Part shown: one piece after another, positions 48,206 through 58,524 of the stretch
How positions within the stretch are numbered: position 1 is the first letter of the stretch
How the letters are laid out: each line of letters starts with the position of its first letter
Assembly (NCBI GenBank): GCA_040772365.1
Contig: JAXGYI010000007.1
Location: 5,752 to 69,751, forward strand
Direction: 5' to 3'
Origin: Candidatus Moraniibacteriota bacterium
GTDB lineage: Bacteria > Patescibacteriota > Minisyncoccia > Moranbacterales > GCA-2747515
DNA length: 64,000 nt
Position numbers and translations under genes: made by a program
The notes under the pieces: generated by a model
What the model was told of the DNA's origin: nothing
Databases searched by the model: none
The model's input: the letters and a program-made list of their open reading frames with translations, nothing else

Positions 48206-48616
48206 TTATTGCTTTGCCACAAAGCGTGTGCGCACAGAAAGTTTATGTCCTGCTAACCGAAATGCTTCACGCGCTGTTTTCTCATCAATACCATCTACTT
48301 CAAAAAGAATCTTACCAGCACGCACCTTAGCAACATAGTAATCCACAGAACCCTTTCCCTTTCCCATTGGCGTTTCATCACCTTTCTTCGTCATTGGATG
48401 GTCCGGAAAAATGCGAATCCAATACTTTCCTGATCGCTGCATATAGCGCGTAATCGTCCGCCGTGCAGATTCGATTTGTCGCGCTGTCACTAATCCCGAG
48501 GTTTCCGCCTTGAGACCAAAATTACCGTAACTGACAATCGTGCCGCGCGTAGCATTGCCTTTTAGCTTTCCGCCGCGGTGCATTTTGCGATGTTTGACTT
48601 TTCGTGGCATTAACAT
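48206..48616 (-). CDS. rplP: 50S ribosomal protein L16
   Basis: [20 protein letters not shown]. Confidence 0.9.
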   Translation of the reverse strand: MLMPRKVKHRKMHRGGKLKGNATRGTIVSYGNFGLKAETSGLVTARQIESARRTITRYMQRSGKYWIRIFPDHPMTKKGDETPMGKGKGSVDYYVAKVRAGKILFEVDGIDEKTAREAFRLAGHKLSVRTRFVAKQ

Positions 48617-48640
48617 ATGCGTTCCTCACTAAAATTTCAA

Positions 48641-49300
48641 TTATGCGGTGCGTTCGCTACGAGCAAACTTTTCACCTTTATACACCCATACCTTCACACC
48701 AATCGCACCATATGTCGTACGTGCCGTATCACGCGCAAAATCAATATCTGCACGCAGTGTGTGCAATGGAATTGTTCCCTCAGATAACCACTCTACACGC
48801 GACATCTCCGCGCCATTCAAGCGACCACCCACCTGCACCTTAATCCCTTTCACGTTGCGATTCTTCATTGCCGATTCAATTGTCATCTTCAACACACGGC
48901 GAAATGACATGCGTTTCTCTAGTTGCTCTGCAACATTCTGTGCAATAATTGCTGCACTCTCCTCTGATTGCTTGATCTCCTTCACCTCTACCTTAATATC
49001 CATCTTGCGTCCTGGAAAAATTGTCTCACGAATAAAGCGCGTCAGGTCTTCAATACCGCTACCGCCACGTCCGATCAACATACCTGGGCGTGCTGTCCGC
49101 ACAATAACAGTAATAGATTTCTCATTACGCTCCACTTCAACATCGGCAATTGCCGCATGGCGATATTTCTTCATTACGGCGCGTCGCAAAAACACATCCT
49201 GTTCTAGGATTTCTGCATAGTTATTGCCACCAAACCACCGCGAACGCCAGTCTGTTGTAATACCTAATCTGAGACTTTTTGGATTGACTTTGTGACCCAT
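48641..49300 (-). CDS. rpsC: 30S ribosomal protein S3
   Basis: MGHKVNPKSLRLGITTDWRSRWFG, with a KH domain. Confidence 0.9.
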   Translation of the reverse strand: MGHKVNPKSLRLGITTDWRSRWFGGNNYAEILEQDVFLRRAVMKKYRHAAIADVEVERNEKSITVIVRTARPGMLIGRGGSGIEDLTRFIRETIFPGRKMDIKVEVKEIKQSEESAAIIAQNVAEQLEKRMSFRRVLKMTIESAMKNRNVKGIKVQVGGRLNGAEMSRVEWLSEGTIPLHTLRADIDFARDTARTTYGAIGVKVWVYKGEKFARSERTA

Positions 49301-49311
49301 AGTAATGAATG

Positions 49312-49758
49312 TTATTTAGCTTTGCGTGTAACAGTTTTCTTTTTCGTAATCTTTACTGCTGCCTTCTTTGTTGCTCGTGCCGCCTTCTTCGTAGATGCTT
49401 TTTGCGCCGGTGCTGCAACATCCTCTGGCGCAACCAGCGTTACCCGAATTGTTGCTGTACGCTTGAGAATTTGTGTCGCACGCCCCTGCGCGCGTGGCAT
49501 CCATCGCTTGAGGACTGGTCCACTGCTCACGGTAATATCCTCAATCGTGAGACGATCCTGACTAATCTGGTGATTGTGCTGCGCATTTGCCACAGCGCTC
49601 TGCAGAAGCTTACGCAACGGCGCTGCCGCCGCACGCACATCAAACTGTAAGACACTGATGGCCTCTGCTGCCGATTTTCCACGAACTGTCCGCGTCACCA
49701 AACGCACCTTCTGCGGTGACATACGAAAATTGGTGAGTTGTGCTGTTACTTTTGTCAT
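49312..49758 (-). CDS. rplV: 50S ribosomal protein L22 with a C-terminal Lys/Ala-rich extension
   Basis: MSPQKVRLVTRTVRGKSAAEAISVLQF. Confidence 0.9.
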   Translation of the reverse strand: MTKVTAQLTNFRMSPQKVRLVTRTVRGKSAAEAISVLQFDVRAAAAPLRKLLQSAVANAQHNHQISQDRLTIEDITVSSGPVLKRWMPRAQGRATQILKRTATIRVTLVAPEDVAAPAQKASTKKAARATKKAAVKITKKKTVTRKAK

Positions 49759-49786
49759 AGATCGTTACTAAAATTGCCTTGTCTGA

Positions 49787-50122
49787 TTATTTTGTTGCTG
49801 GTGTTGCGGATTTCTTAGCAGAGTCCACTTCACGCTGTTTTGCGGCCTGCTCTAACTCTTTCTGCATTTTACCACCATGACGTGAAAACTTTCGTGTTGG
49901 TGCAAACTCTCCAAGCTTATGTCCAACCATTTCCTCTGTGACAAATACATTATGAAAATCCTTACCGGTATGCACAGAAAAGGTAAATCCGATCATCTCT
50001 GGTGCAATCGTACACGCGCGCGACCACGTCTTAATCACACCTGCCTGCTGCGGCGTCTTTCCTGCAATTTTCTTTAACACACGTTCATCAACGTATAGTC
50101 CTTTTTTTACTGATCGGCTCAT
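49787..50122 (-). CDS. rpsS: 30S ribosomal protein S19 with a short C-terminal extension
   Basis: [19 protein letters not shown]...[23 protein letters not shown]. Confidence 0.9.
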   Translation of the reverse strand: MSRSVKKGLYVDERVLKKIAGKTPQQAGVIKTWSRACTIAPEMIGFTFSVHTGKDFHNVFVTEEMVGHKLGEFAPTRKFSRHGGKMQKELEQAAKQREVDSAKKSATPATK

Positions 50123-50142
50123 GTTCGTTGCATCAAAACAAA

Positions 50143-50973
50143 TTATTTCTTATGGCGTGATTTGACAATGTATTTCGTACTTGGCTTCGTCGCTTTACGC
50201 GTACGCACGCCCAGGGCTGGCTGCCCCCATGGTGTTTTAGGGTACTTCAATCCAATTGGCTGACGCCCTTCACCACCACCATGTGGGTGATCCACAGGAT
50301 TCATCGCTGATCCACGTACCGCTGGACGCTTGCCCATGTGACGTGCACGCCCTGCCTTACCGATTTTCACTGCATTATGCTCAAAATTACTCACCTGCCC
50401 AATCGTCGCATAGCATTCCTTGTCAATCAGACGAATCTCTCCTGATGGCATTTTTATCTGTGCGTAACGCTCATCCACACCCATTACCGTTGCACTACTG
50501 CCGGCACTACGTACAATTTGCCCACCTTTGCCACGACGCATCTCAATATTACTAACTGCTGTTCCTGCAATAATCCGCTTGAGTGGTGTCCGATTGCCCT
50601 CATCCATTGGAACATTCGGGCCTGCTACAATTGTCATGCCAACACGCATATGCTCCGTTGCAAGAATATAGCGCTTCTCCCCATCTGCGTACACAACCAA
50701 TGCAATCAATGCACTCCGAAAGGGATCCTTTTCAATTGCTACAATTTTTCCGACAATATCATATTTATTTTGCTTGAAATCAATCAGGCGATACAATTTC
50801 TTACTCCCCGCACTTCTGTGGCGAACAGAAATCTTGCCCCAGCTACGCCCGGCCTTTTGGTGGATTGCTCGCAGTAGCGACTTCTCCGGCTTTGTCTTTG
50901 TCACTGCTGCCGGCTTAATCATAGTCATATTGCGCCGCGCTGCATGATTTCTTTTATATACTTTGATTGCCAT
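50143..50973 (-). CDS. rplB: 50S ribosomal protein L2
   Basis: [17 protein letters not shown]...[10 protein letters not shown].... Confidence 0.9.
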   Translation of the reverse strand: MAIKVYKRNHAARRNMTMIKPAAVTKTKPEKSLLRAIHQKAGRSWGKISVRHRSAGSKKLYRLIDFKQNKYDIVGKIVAIEKDPFRSALIALVVYADGEKRYILATEHMRVGMTIVAGPNVPMDEGNRTPLKRIIAGTAVSNIEMRRGKGGQIVRSAGSSATVMGVDERYAQIKMPSGEIRLIDKECYATIGQVSNFEHNAVKIGKAGRARHMGKRPAVRGSAMNPVDHPHGGGEGRQPIGLKYPKTPWGQPALGVRTRKATKPSTKYIVKSRHKK

Positions 50974-51001
50974 ACGTTTCGGTTAGTAATGCAAATGGGA
51001 A

Positions 51002-51412
51002 TTACGATGCGTGAAATAAGTCAATTGACTGTCCTTTGGCAAGTGTTACAATTGCCTTTTTATATTTCTTTTGATAGCCACGATCATACTTCATCGTGCG
51101 CCGCTTTGGTTTCACAACAATGATACGCACTGCCTCTACCGTAACACCATAGGTGTGTGCAATCGCAGTTTTGATAGCGCGCGACGATGCAGTTGTGGCT
51201 ACGCGAAAAACATACTGCCCATTACTGCTCAGGAGGTGTGATTTTTCCGTCACAATCGGTGCAAGGAGAACGCCATAAGTCTGTGCTGTCGCTGTAAATG
51301 TGCTATCCGCAGCCTTCTTCTTTGCTGTCGTTGTCTTTTCTGATGCACCAGTGCTTTCACTTGCCTGCGCCGCAGTATCCTTGTTATCACTTTTTTTACT
51401 AAAAATTCCCAT
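51002..51412 (-). CDS. rplW: 50S ribosomal protein L23 with an N-terminal low-complexity extension
   Basis: VLLAPIVTEKSHLLSSNGQYVFRVATTASSRAIKTAIAHTYGV.... Confidence 0.85.
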   Translation of the reverse strand: MGIFSKKSDNKDTAAQASESTGASEKTTTAKKKAADSTFTATAQTYGVLLAPIVTEKSHLLSSNGQYVFRVATTASSRAIKTAIAHTYGVTVEAVRIIVVKPKRRTMKYDRGYQKKYKKAIVTLAKGQSIDLFHAS

Positions 51413-51442
51413 AATATATCGTATTATATAGTGCTACACGCG

Positions 51443-52090
51443 CTATCCCACGTATTTTGCATCAAGCTGCTTCAGTGCATCAAGACTTAACACAAGATAT
51501 TGCGCATTCATCACATCGTACACATTGAGCTTTTCTGCCTCCATCGGCACAACACGTGCAATATTGCGCACTGCCTTATAACTCTCTGTTTCTTGTGGGG
51601 CTAGGGCTACAACAGCACTAGCGTCTACACCCATAGCGCGCAAGAGCGCTGCCATCGGTTTGGTTTTGACATCCTCCATCACAAGGCTTTCTACGACGCG
51701 AATCTTGTCAGCCTGTGCTTTTTTTGTCAACGCAAGTGCAATCGCCTTTTTCTTCACCTTACTATTAATATCTTGTGTGTAATTCTTGTCCTTTGTTGGC
51801 CCAAAAATAACACCGCCGCCCTTCCACAACGGATTACGAATGGATCCCGTACGTGCATTACCCGTGCCCTTCTGTCGCCATGGCTTTCTACCACCACCGC
51901 GCACTTCTGAACGAATTTTCGTGTGTGCATGTCCACTTCTACGATTCGCCGCTTGCGCAACATATACATGGTGGATGATCGCATCACTGCCCTGCACATC
52001 AAACACTGCAGCATTCAGATCAGTCGTCGCCACTTTTTTGCCTTCCAGGTTGTATACATCAATTTTTTTCATACGTATCAGATTAGGCAA
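51443..52090 (-). CDS. rplD: 50S ribosomal protein L4
   Basis: RGGGRKPWRQKGTGNARTGSIRNPLWKGGGVIFGP. Confidence 0.9.
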   Translation of the reverse strand: MPNLIRMKKIDVYNLEGKKVATTDLNAAVFDVQGSDAIIHHVYVAQAANRRSGHAHTKIRSEVRGGGRKPWRQKGTGNARTGSIRNPLWKGGGVIFGPTKDKNYTQDINSKVKKKAIALALTKKAQADKIRVVESLVMEDVKTKPMAALLRAMGVDASAVVALAPQETESYKAVRNIARVVPMEAEKLNVYDVMNAQYLVLSLDALKQLDAKYVG

Positions 52091-52646
52091 GACTTACAAT
52101 TTCCACAATGCGCCCAGCTACACCAGGCACACTGCCTTTTACAGCAATGGTCCCTGCCTGCGCATCTACATGAACAACGCGCAGCCCACGTGATGTCGCG
52201 CGCACGCCACCCATACGACCAGCCATGCGCTTACCCTTCATCACGTGCTGAGGAAACGCACTTCCAATAGATCCCGCTTGGCGCAGTACATGACGATGTC
52301 CGTGTGACTTCGGTCCACCACCAAATCCATGGCGCTTAACAACACCCTGAAAGCCCTTTGCTTTTGTGATGCCGCTAACACGAACAATATCACCAACAGA
52401 GAAAACATCCGCACCAATCGCTGTATCCGTAGTGTACGCAGATGTATCACCTACACGAAATTCTCTGTGACAGGACTTCTTTGCCGTACGCGGTGTCGTA
52501 ACACGTACAGCGCTATAGCCATCTTTTTCTGCCGTACGCAACACATCCACCGTATTTGGCGTAATGGCAATCAACGTCACATTCTGCGCACCCGCATCGT
52601 CGTAGATTGTTGTCATGCCCAATTTTTTTCCCAGTGCGAATTTCAT
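52083..52646 (-). CDS. rplC: 50S ribosomal protein L3
   Basis: MKFALGKKLGMTTIYDDAGAQNVTLI. Confidence 0.9.
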   Translation of the reverse strand: MKFALGKKLGMTTIYDDAGAQNVTLIAITPNTVDVLRTAEKDGYSAVRVTTPRTAKKSCHREFRVGDTSAYTTDTAIGADVFSVGDIVRVSGITKAKGFQGVVKRHGFGGGPKSHGHRHVLRQAGSIGSAFPQHVMKGKRMAGRMGGVRATSRGLRVVHVDAQAGTIAVKGSVPGVAGRIVEIVSLA

Positions 52647-52999
52647 ACAATTTTATAGAGATTATGCCACTGCGGCATCCCATCGCTCAGATTATATGTC
52701 AAATAAAAAACGGCTTATCGCAAGCCAGATGATTTTCTTATAGAATCTTATAGAAAAATCACATGTTTGTCAAGATCGAACATGTCGACCGTAACAAACA
52801 CCCTCGCTCGCTGAGTATCCCCATCTCATGCAAGATTTGCATACCATGCAATATCTGGATCCTGGGACTTTAACGAAACTGTGTTGATACACACACGAGA
52901 CGCTGCAACACTGCGAGACGCCTCCTATCTGTGAATATACTACATGAAAATTTGCAAACGCGCAAGTGTGCTCTGAAGAAGCACGGTGCACACGCACCT
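52647..52999 (-). promoter_or_regulatory. Unusual 353-nt spacer between rpsJ and rplC carrying promoter-like elements and hairpins
   Basis: No credible ORF; the 75-aa Cys-rich ORF on the track is rejected. Three TTGACA hexamers lie on the minus strand, one followed by TATAAT. A TGgCATAAT extended -10 lies about 17 nt upstream of the rplC ATG. Two small hairpins follow the rpsJ stop. A direct repeat TTCTATAAGA occurs twice. Confidence 0.4.
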
Positions 53000-53323
53000 T
53001 TACATCTTCACCTCGATGCTTACGCCTGCCGGCAAATCAAGGTTCGTCAAATCCTCAATCGTCTTCTGTGACGGATTGATGATGTCAATGAGACGCTTAT
53101 GGATACGCATCTCAAACTGCTCTCGTGCATCCTTGTGGACAAACGTGGAGCGATTGACTGTGACTTTCTTGATCTGCGTCGGAAGCGGTACCGGACCGGT
53201 CACCTGTGACCCTGTACGGACTGCCGCCTCAACAATTTGTCGTGCAGATTTGTCAATGACCTTGCTGTCGTACGCTTTAATTTTAATGCGTACGCGCGTT
53301 GACACTTCTTCTTTCTTCGCCAT
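53000..53323 (-). CDS. rpsJ: 30S ribosomal protein S10
   Basis: [38 protein letters not shown]. Confidence 0.9.
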   Translation of the reverse strand: MAKKEEVSTRVRIKIKAYDSKVIDKSARQIVEAAVRTGSQVTGPVPLPTQIKKVTVNRSTFVHKDAREQFEMRIHKRLIDIINPSQKTIEDLTNLDLPAGVSIEVKM

Positions 53324-53431
53324 GGCGAACTGACTCCTGCGTTACAAATTACATGTTTCCCTAATGATTTTAGAGGGAAAGGAGAACGTCACAGAATACG
53401 CTGCAACGCTCCACCTTTGCTTCCAAAGGCT

Positions 53432-54622
53432 CTATTTTACAATCTTTGTTACCACACCAGCGCCAACAGTACGACCGCCCTCGCGAATTGCAAAACGCAT
53501 ACCATCTTCCATCGCTACTGCCGCACCAAGTTTCACGGAAAGTGACACAGTGTCACCAGGCATCACCATTTCTGTGCCCTCCGGCAAAATTACCTCACCG
53601 GTAACATCCGTCGTACGCACGTAGAACTGTGGCTTATACCCCTTGAAAAACGGTGTGTGACGTCCACCCTCTTCCTTTGTCAAAACATAAACTTCAGATT
53701 CAAACTCCGTATGTGGAGTAATGGAGCCTGGTTTTGCCAATACCTGTCCGCGCTCAACATCTTCTTTTTTCACGCTGCGCAAGAGGAGACCAGCATTGTC
53801 ACCAGCCTCACCATGATCAAGTGACTTATTGAACATCTCAATACCCGTTACAGCTGTTTTTGTGGTCGGGCGCAAACCAACGATTTCTACTTCCTCGTTG
53901 ATGTTGATTTGTCCGCGCTCAATACGTCCTGTAACAACAGTACCACGACCCTCAATTGAGAAAATATCCTCAATCGGCATCAAAAATGGCTTATCCGTGT
54001 CACGCTCTGGCTGTGGAATCTTTGCATCAAGAGCAGCAACGAGATCGATAATCGGCTTTGCGCTCTCATCATCTGCCGTTTTTGCCTCAAGTGCCTTGAG
54101 TGCGCTACCACGAATCACCGCAGCATTATCACCATTAAACTCGTACTTCGTCAAAAGTTCACGCACTTCTGCCTCGACAAGTTCGATCAGCTCCGGATCA
54201 TCAACCATATCAACCTTATTGATGAACACAACGATCTCTGGTACACCAACCTGACGCGCCAAAAGAATGTGCTCACGTGTCTGCGGCATCGGACCGTCTG
54301 TTGCAGAAACTACAAGAATTGCACCATCCATCTGTGCAGCACCTGTGATCATGTTTTTGATATAATCAGCATGTCCTGGGCAGTCAACGTGTGCATAGTG
54401 ACGCGCATCAGACTCATACTCACAGTGAGATGTTGCAATGGTAATACCGCGCTCGCGCTCCTCAGGTGCCTTGTCGATGTCATCGACATTGCGCCCCTTT
54501 GCGAAACCCTTCATTGACAACACGTGCAATAGTGCAGCGGTTGTCGTTGTCTTGCCATGGTCCACATGACCAATGGTGCCCACATTTACGTGTGGCTTGC
54601 TCCGATCGAATGCTTCTGCCAT
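53432..54622 (-). CDS. tuf: Elongation factor Tu
   Basis: [17 protein letters not shown] ... [25 protein letters not shown]. Confidence 0.95.
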   Translation of the reverse strand: MAEAFDRSKPHVNVGTIGHVDHGKTTTTAALLHVLSMKGFAKGRNVDDIDKAPEERERGITIATSHCEYESDARHYAHVDCPGHADYIKNMITGAAQMDGAILVVSATDGPMPQTREHILLARQVGVPEIVVFINKVDMVDDPELIELVEAEVRELLTKYEFNGDNAAVIRGSALKALEAKTADDESAKPIIDLVAALDAKIPQPERDTDKPFLMPIEDIFSIEGRGTVVTGRIERGQININEEVEIVGLRPTTKTAVTGIEMFNKSLDHGEAGDNAGLLLRSVKKEDVERGQVLAKPGSITPHTEFESEVYVLTKEEGGRHTPFFKGYKPQFYVRTTDVTGEVILPEGTEMVMPGDTVSLSVKLGAAVAMEDGMRFAIREGGRTVGAGVVTKIVK

Positions 54623-54871
54623 ATCTTTTATTTTGCACGCAACGTCCGGTCATTGATTGTGCGACCGTCCGTCCGTACGCATATGGTGATTATTTAATTA
54701 AAACAATAAAATACACGAACACCGACACACGGGGCACGAAAGACTGTTCGCATGCCACATGTGTCTGAACCTGCAACAGGAAAACATCCCAAAATACAGT
54801 ATTGCAACTGTAGCACGGCATTTTTTTCTTGTCAAATTTTTTGAAACAAGTACTGTTGCGCAAAAAATCAC

Positions 54872-55474
54872 TTATTCCAAAATGCCGTCCAGGTTCACAT
54901 CATACAGGATTTGCTCTCCTACCAAACGATAGTTTATGATATCCTTTTGATCAAACCAGATGCCAATCTCGCGCCGTGCCTCATCCGGCGCATCGGAACA
55001 GTGAATGAGATTACGCACAGCACGCCCATCAATACCAGAGAGATCGTAGGAGTCTACTGTATAATCACCACGAATCGTCCCAACGTCGGATGTTAGTGGC
55101 TCCGTACCACCAACAATTTTCTTTACCACGCCAACCGCTTCATTTCCTTCCCAGATCATCATGACGACAGGGCCTGACATCATAAATGCTACTAACTGCT
55201 GAATAATGTCACGCCCATACTCTACTGCTTCCTTTTCTATCGGTAACCCAGCATCTTTGCGTCCTGCCACAATACGCGTGCCCTTTTCCAAAAACCACTG
55301 CTCATCTTTATTATAATGCTCCCAGCATTTTTTTTCCTCCATCATGCAAAATTTCATAGCCGCTAACTTGAGTCCTGTGCGCTCAAAACGATGAATAATT
55401 TCACCCACCAATGCCCGCTGCACACCATCCGGCTTTACAATGACAAATGATTGTTCACGCTGTACCTGTGTCAT
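54872..55474 (-). CDS. ndk: Nucleoside diphosphate kinase (with an internal insertion)
   Basis: FVIVKPDGVQRALVGEII...GPVV.MIWEGNEAV...NLIHCSD, which includes the active-site His (NxxHxSD). Confidence 0.75.
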   Translation of the reverse strand: MTQVQREQSFVIVKPDGVQRALVGEIIHRFERTGLKLAAMKFCMMEEKKCWEHYNKDEQWFLEKGTRIVAGRKDAGLPIEKEAVEYGRDIIQQLVAFMMSGPVVMMIWEGNEAVGVVKKIVGGTEPLTSDVGTIRGDYTVDSYDLSGIDGRAVRNLIHCSDAPDEARREIGIWFDQKDIINYRLVGEQILYDVNLDGILE

Positions 55475-55642
55475 AAAAAATATTCTTTAATAAAAAACTA
55501 AATATAGGACCTGCACTATATTTATGTAGGTAAAGTATAGCCTATCTTTGCGTTTATGCCAAGACCACGCTGTGTGGTATTCCATCTTTACAGGAGATGC
55601 AAAAATTGCCAGAATGTCTATAAGTAGTATCATTGCCATACA

Positions 55643-56248
55643 ATGACACACCAACTTCCACAATCTTTTTTTGCACGCAGTGCAGAAACCGTGGCGCGTG
55701 ATCTCCTCGGCACGATCGTGACACGACGTAGTGACACCGCGCCACTGCGTAGCGGCATCATCGTAGAAACAGAAGCATACGTTAGCGCTGATGATATGGC
55801 ATCACACGCCTACCGCGGACGCACACCGCGCACAGAGGTGATGTTTGGTCCGGCAGGTATATGGTACATCTACCTCATCTACGGCATACACCACCAACTG
55901 AATATTGTGACGGATCTGCCGGGTACACCAGCTGGCGTACTGATTCGTGCCATTGAACCCATAGAGGGTATTGCCACCATGCGTACCCTGCGCACAGCTG
56001 CACGCACCGACCACGACCTCACAAACGGTCCCGGTAAACTCTGTCAAGCACTTTCTATTGACCGTTCCCTCAACGGCACATCAGCAGTCGATCGCACAGC
56101 ACGTATTGTTATTCGCAGCGGTACCCAGCACATCCCGTCATCACACATCATCGCCACACCACGCATCGGCATCCCCTATGCCGGTGCATGGAAAAATCGT
56201 CTCTTGCGCTTCTATCTCAAGGATAATCCTTTCGTGTCTGATCAATAG
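55643..56248 (+). CDS. mpg: DNA-3-methyladenine glycosylase (Mpg/AAG family)
   Basis: ETEAYVSADDMASHAYRGRTPRTEVMFGPAG.WYIYLIYGIHHQLNIV. Confidence 0.75.
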   Translation: MTHQLPQSFFARSAETVARDLLGTIVTRRSDTAPLRSGIIVETEAYVSADDMASHAYRGRTPRTEVMFGPAGIWYIYLIYGIHHQLNIVTDLPGTPAGVLIRAIEPIEGIATMRTLRTAARTDHDLTNGPGKLCQALSIDRSLNGTSAVDRTARIVIRSGTQHIPSSHIIATPRIGIPYAGAWKNRLLRFYLKDNPFVSDQ

Positions 56249-56262
56249 ATCATCTGTAGATG

Positions 56263-57945
56263 TTATTCTTCCACGACAAGTGCTTGCGTGCCATCAATGC
56301 TCTTCAGTGCAAAAATAGTATCGCGTGTGAAGTCGATTTTTTTGGTATACGTCATACCATCTGCGCTAATCACCGTTACCGTCAGCGGGATCGTGCCAAT
56401 GCCGGATTGCTTTTGTATTTTCAATGTATAACCCTCTTCTGTGATATGGTGTGGTAATGTATACTGCAGCATCGTTGGGATTTTCTGCCCAAGCAGTACA
56501 TCAACCTTATAACTATACGCCTGCTTGTCACCAAAGACATTTTTCTCCACACTCGGCGGCTCAAACCACTCACGCACATACCACGTGCTACCCTGCGGCA
56601 CATAGAGACGTGTATACGCGTGATAGTCACTATTAAAATAACTTGGTTCCGTCGCCGTGTTCTCATAAGTCATCCGCATTGTGGCAAGTGGCGCCGTAGT
56701 ACGAAATGTACCTGCCGCCACACGCGCCTTCACATCGTCAGTGAGGTAACGCACCATGCGCCCAGCCGCTGCGTCATTTACCTCTGCACTTCTTCCCGTA
56801 AAGTCCACCGTATATTCCATTGATCGTCGCATATAGAAGTCTGACTTCAGCGCACCAACATTAGCATCGGATACCATCACATAATCACCTGTCCACGCCT
56901 GATCCACTTCGCCTGCCCACTGCTCCTCTGTCGCTATGCTCTGCAGTCGCTCATCTTTAAACCACAGCTGGATATCTTTGCGCGTTAAGCTTTCCGTGAG
57001 CATTGTGATTAGTGGCTCAATATTGTCAATCTTTGCTAGTTGCGGCACGAGATTCTTTGCAAGCACGTGAATAATTTTCTTGCGATCCGCCTCCTCACCA
57101 TGATCCATTAATTTCATCTTCTTTCCCTCCGCATCATACTGGCATGCCTTCCACCGTGGATCATCTTCTGGCACCTTTGCCGTCCGCAAGGACTTCTCAC
57201 ACTTCTTGCGCTCCTCGCTACGAAAAACTGGCTCCTCTACAATTTTCTGTAACTTCATCAATCCACCATCAGCGTGGAATGCACCGTATTTTTCAAAGTC
57301 ACGGAACGTCACTGTGACCGGTCCCGTGATTCGCAAGAGATCTTCAAAAACAGACGCATTCACGGCAATGACGCCGTCAAAATTGGCATCTTGATTTGCA
57401 AGTTGATAGAAATAGAGTGCATTTTGTACATTATCTGGAAAGTGCGGTGAGTGATTACTGTCACGGAACTTCATTTTTTTGGTATCGCTAAGATATTTTT
57501 GTAGTGCAGGTGGGAGTGGACGATCTGACTTATACGTACCATCCAACACATTGGCATCTTCCACCACGAAATCAAGAACCTCACCATTTCGCATCTTAAC
57601 AACGCCATACTGCCCCAAAAAACCACCGCCAGGGCGTAACTCTAAATTGTTTTGTAGTAGTATAAGATAGCGTCGCGTCACGCCATCTTGCACGAGAATG
57701 GCATTAGCGAGATCCTGAATGGCGCCAAATTGCGCACGCGTAGAGGGATCAAGCTGCTTAAACGACGGCAGTGCATCGAGAGAGCTAATGGTTTTTTGTA
57801 GCACGGCACCCTTATGCCGCACAGCATACCATAGAAGACCGCCTATAACTGCAAGACTGATGGCGCAGATTATTGCCACCGTACGCCATAATTTTCCTGT
57901 ACGCACATAGCGTGATGTGCTGTGTGGTGCTGTTCTCATACGCAT
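56263..57945 (-). CDS. DUF4012-domain membrane-anchored protein
   Basis: N-terminal TM segment, then RYLILLQNNLELRPGGGFLGQYGVV, which matches the DUF4012 core pattern. Confidence 0.5.
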   Translation of the reverse strand: MRMRTAPHSTSRYVRTGKLWRTVAIICAISLAVIGGLLWYAVRHKGAVLQKTISSLDALPSFKQLDPSTRAQFGAIQDLANAILVQDGVTRRYLILLQNNLELRPGGGFLGQYGVVKMRNGEVLDFVVEDANVLDGTYKSDRPLPPALQKYLSDTKKMKFRDSNHSPHFPDNVQNALYFYQLANQDANFDGVIAVNASVFEDLLRITGPVTVTFRDFEKYGAFHADGGLMKLQKIVEEPVFRSEERKKCEKSLRTAKVPEDDPRWKACQYDAEGKKMKLMDHGEEADRKKIIHVLAKNLVPQLAKIDNIEPLITMLTESLTRKDIQLWFKDERLQSIATEEQWAGEVDQAWTGDYVMVSDANVGALKSDFYMRRSMEYTVDFTGRSAEVNDAAAGRMVRYLTDDVKARVAAGTFRTTAPLATMRMTYENTATEPSYFNSDYHAYTRLYVPQGSTWYVREWFEPPSVEKNVFGDKQAYSYKVDVLLGQKIPTMLQYTLPHHITEEGYTLKIQKQSGIGTIPLTVTVISADGMTYTKKIDFTRDTIFALKSIDGTQALVVEE

Positions 57946-57966
57946 GATCGATCAGTGAAATGGTAT

Positions 57967-58416
57967 TTATCGCGCTGCTAAAACCGCAGCAATGATTGGC
58001 AGAAGTACGAAATAAAAATAGTGTTCCGTAAAAAGTGTATAGATATCTTTCGTAATAATGACATCTGGCAGTGCGCGTAGTGCAACAAGCATACATACTG
58101 TCGCTGCAACAAAAAAGGCGAAACAGATACTGAAGAAAAAAACACGTGGACTAAAGCGCTCTGCGTGCCAATGATCTGCATCAAAAAATCGCCACTGATG
58201 CGCTGCCAAAAAAAACACCGTGATCGCCGCAAATATAAGCACCGGTCCGTACGTGCCAAGCGTCCACTGCTCCGGCAGCACAAAGACGATCAAGAGCGCG
58301 ATCAGTGACGCAATAAATGTTCGCATCAGCCACACCGATTGTACAATCGGCGCTATCAATGTACCAATGCCAATAATTGCTGCGAGAATAAGTAGCGATG
58401 CCACAGAAATCATCAT
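57967..58416 (-). CDS. Hypothetical four-TM small membrane protein
   Basis: 149 aa with four predicted helices. No family recognised. Confidence 0.4.
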   Translation of the reverse strand: MMISVASLLILAAIIGIGTLIAPIVQSVWLMRTFIASLIALLIVFVLPEQWTLGTYGPVLIFAAITVFFLAAHQWRFFDADHWHAERFSPRVFFFSICFAFFVAATVCMLVALRALPDVIITKDIYTLFTEHYFYFVLLPIIAAVLAAR

Positions 58417-58524
58417 GTGTGTATATTACAAATTGCCTTCTCCAGTATACACTACTCAGCAATTGATTTGTAGTGCCGCATACGCTATAATGCGTGATGA
58501 CACCGTAAAATCCTAGCATATTGT

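Noticed and set aside
52770-52997. 75-aa Cys-rich ORF in the rpsJ-rplC spacer
   Set aside because: No start signals and a composition typical of a spurious ORF in a GC-skewed spacer. Treated as non-coding regulatory DNA.
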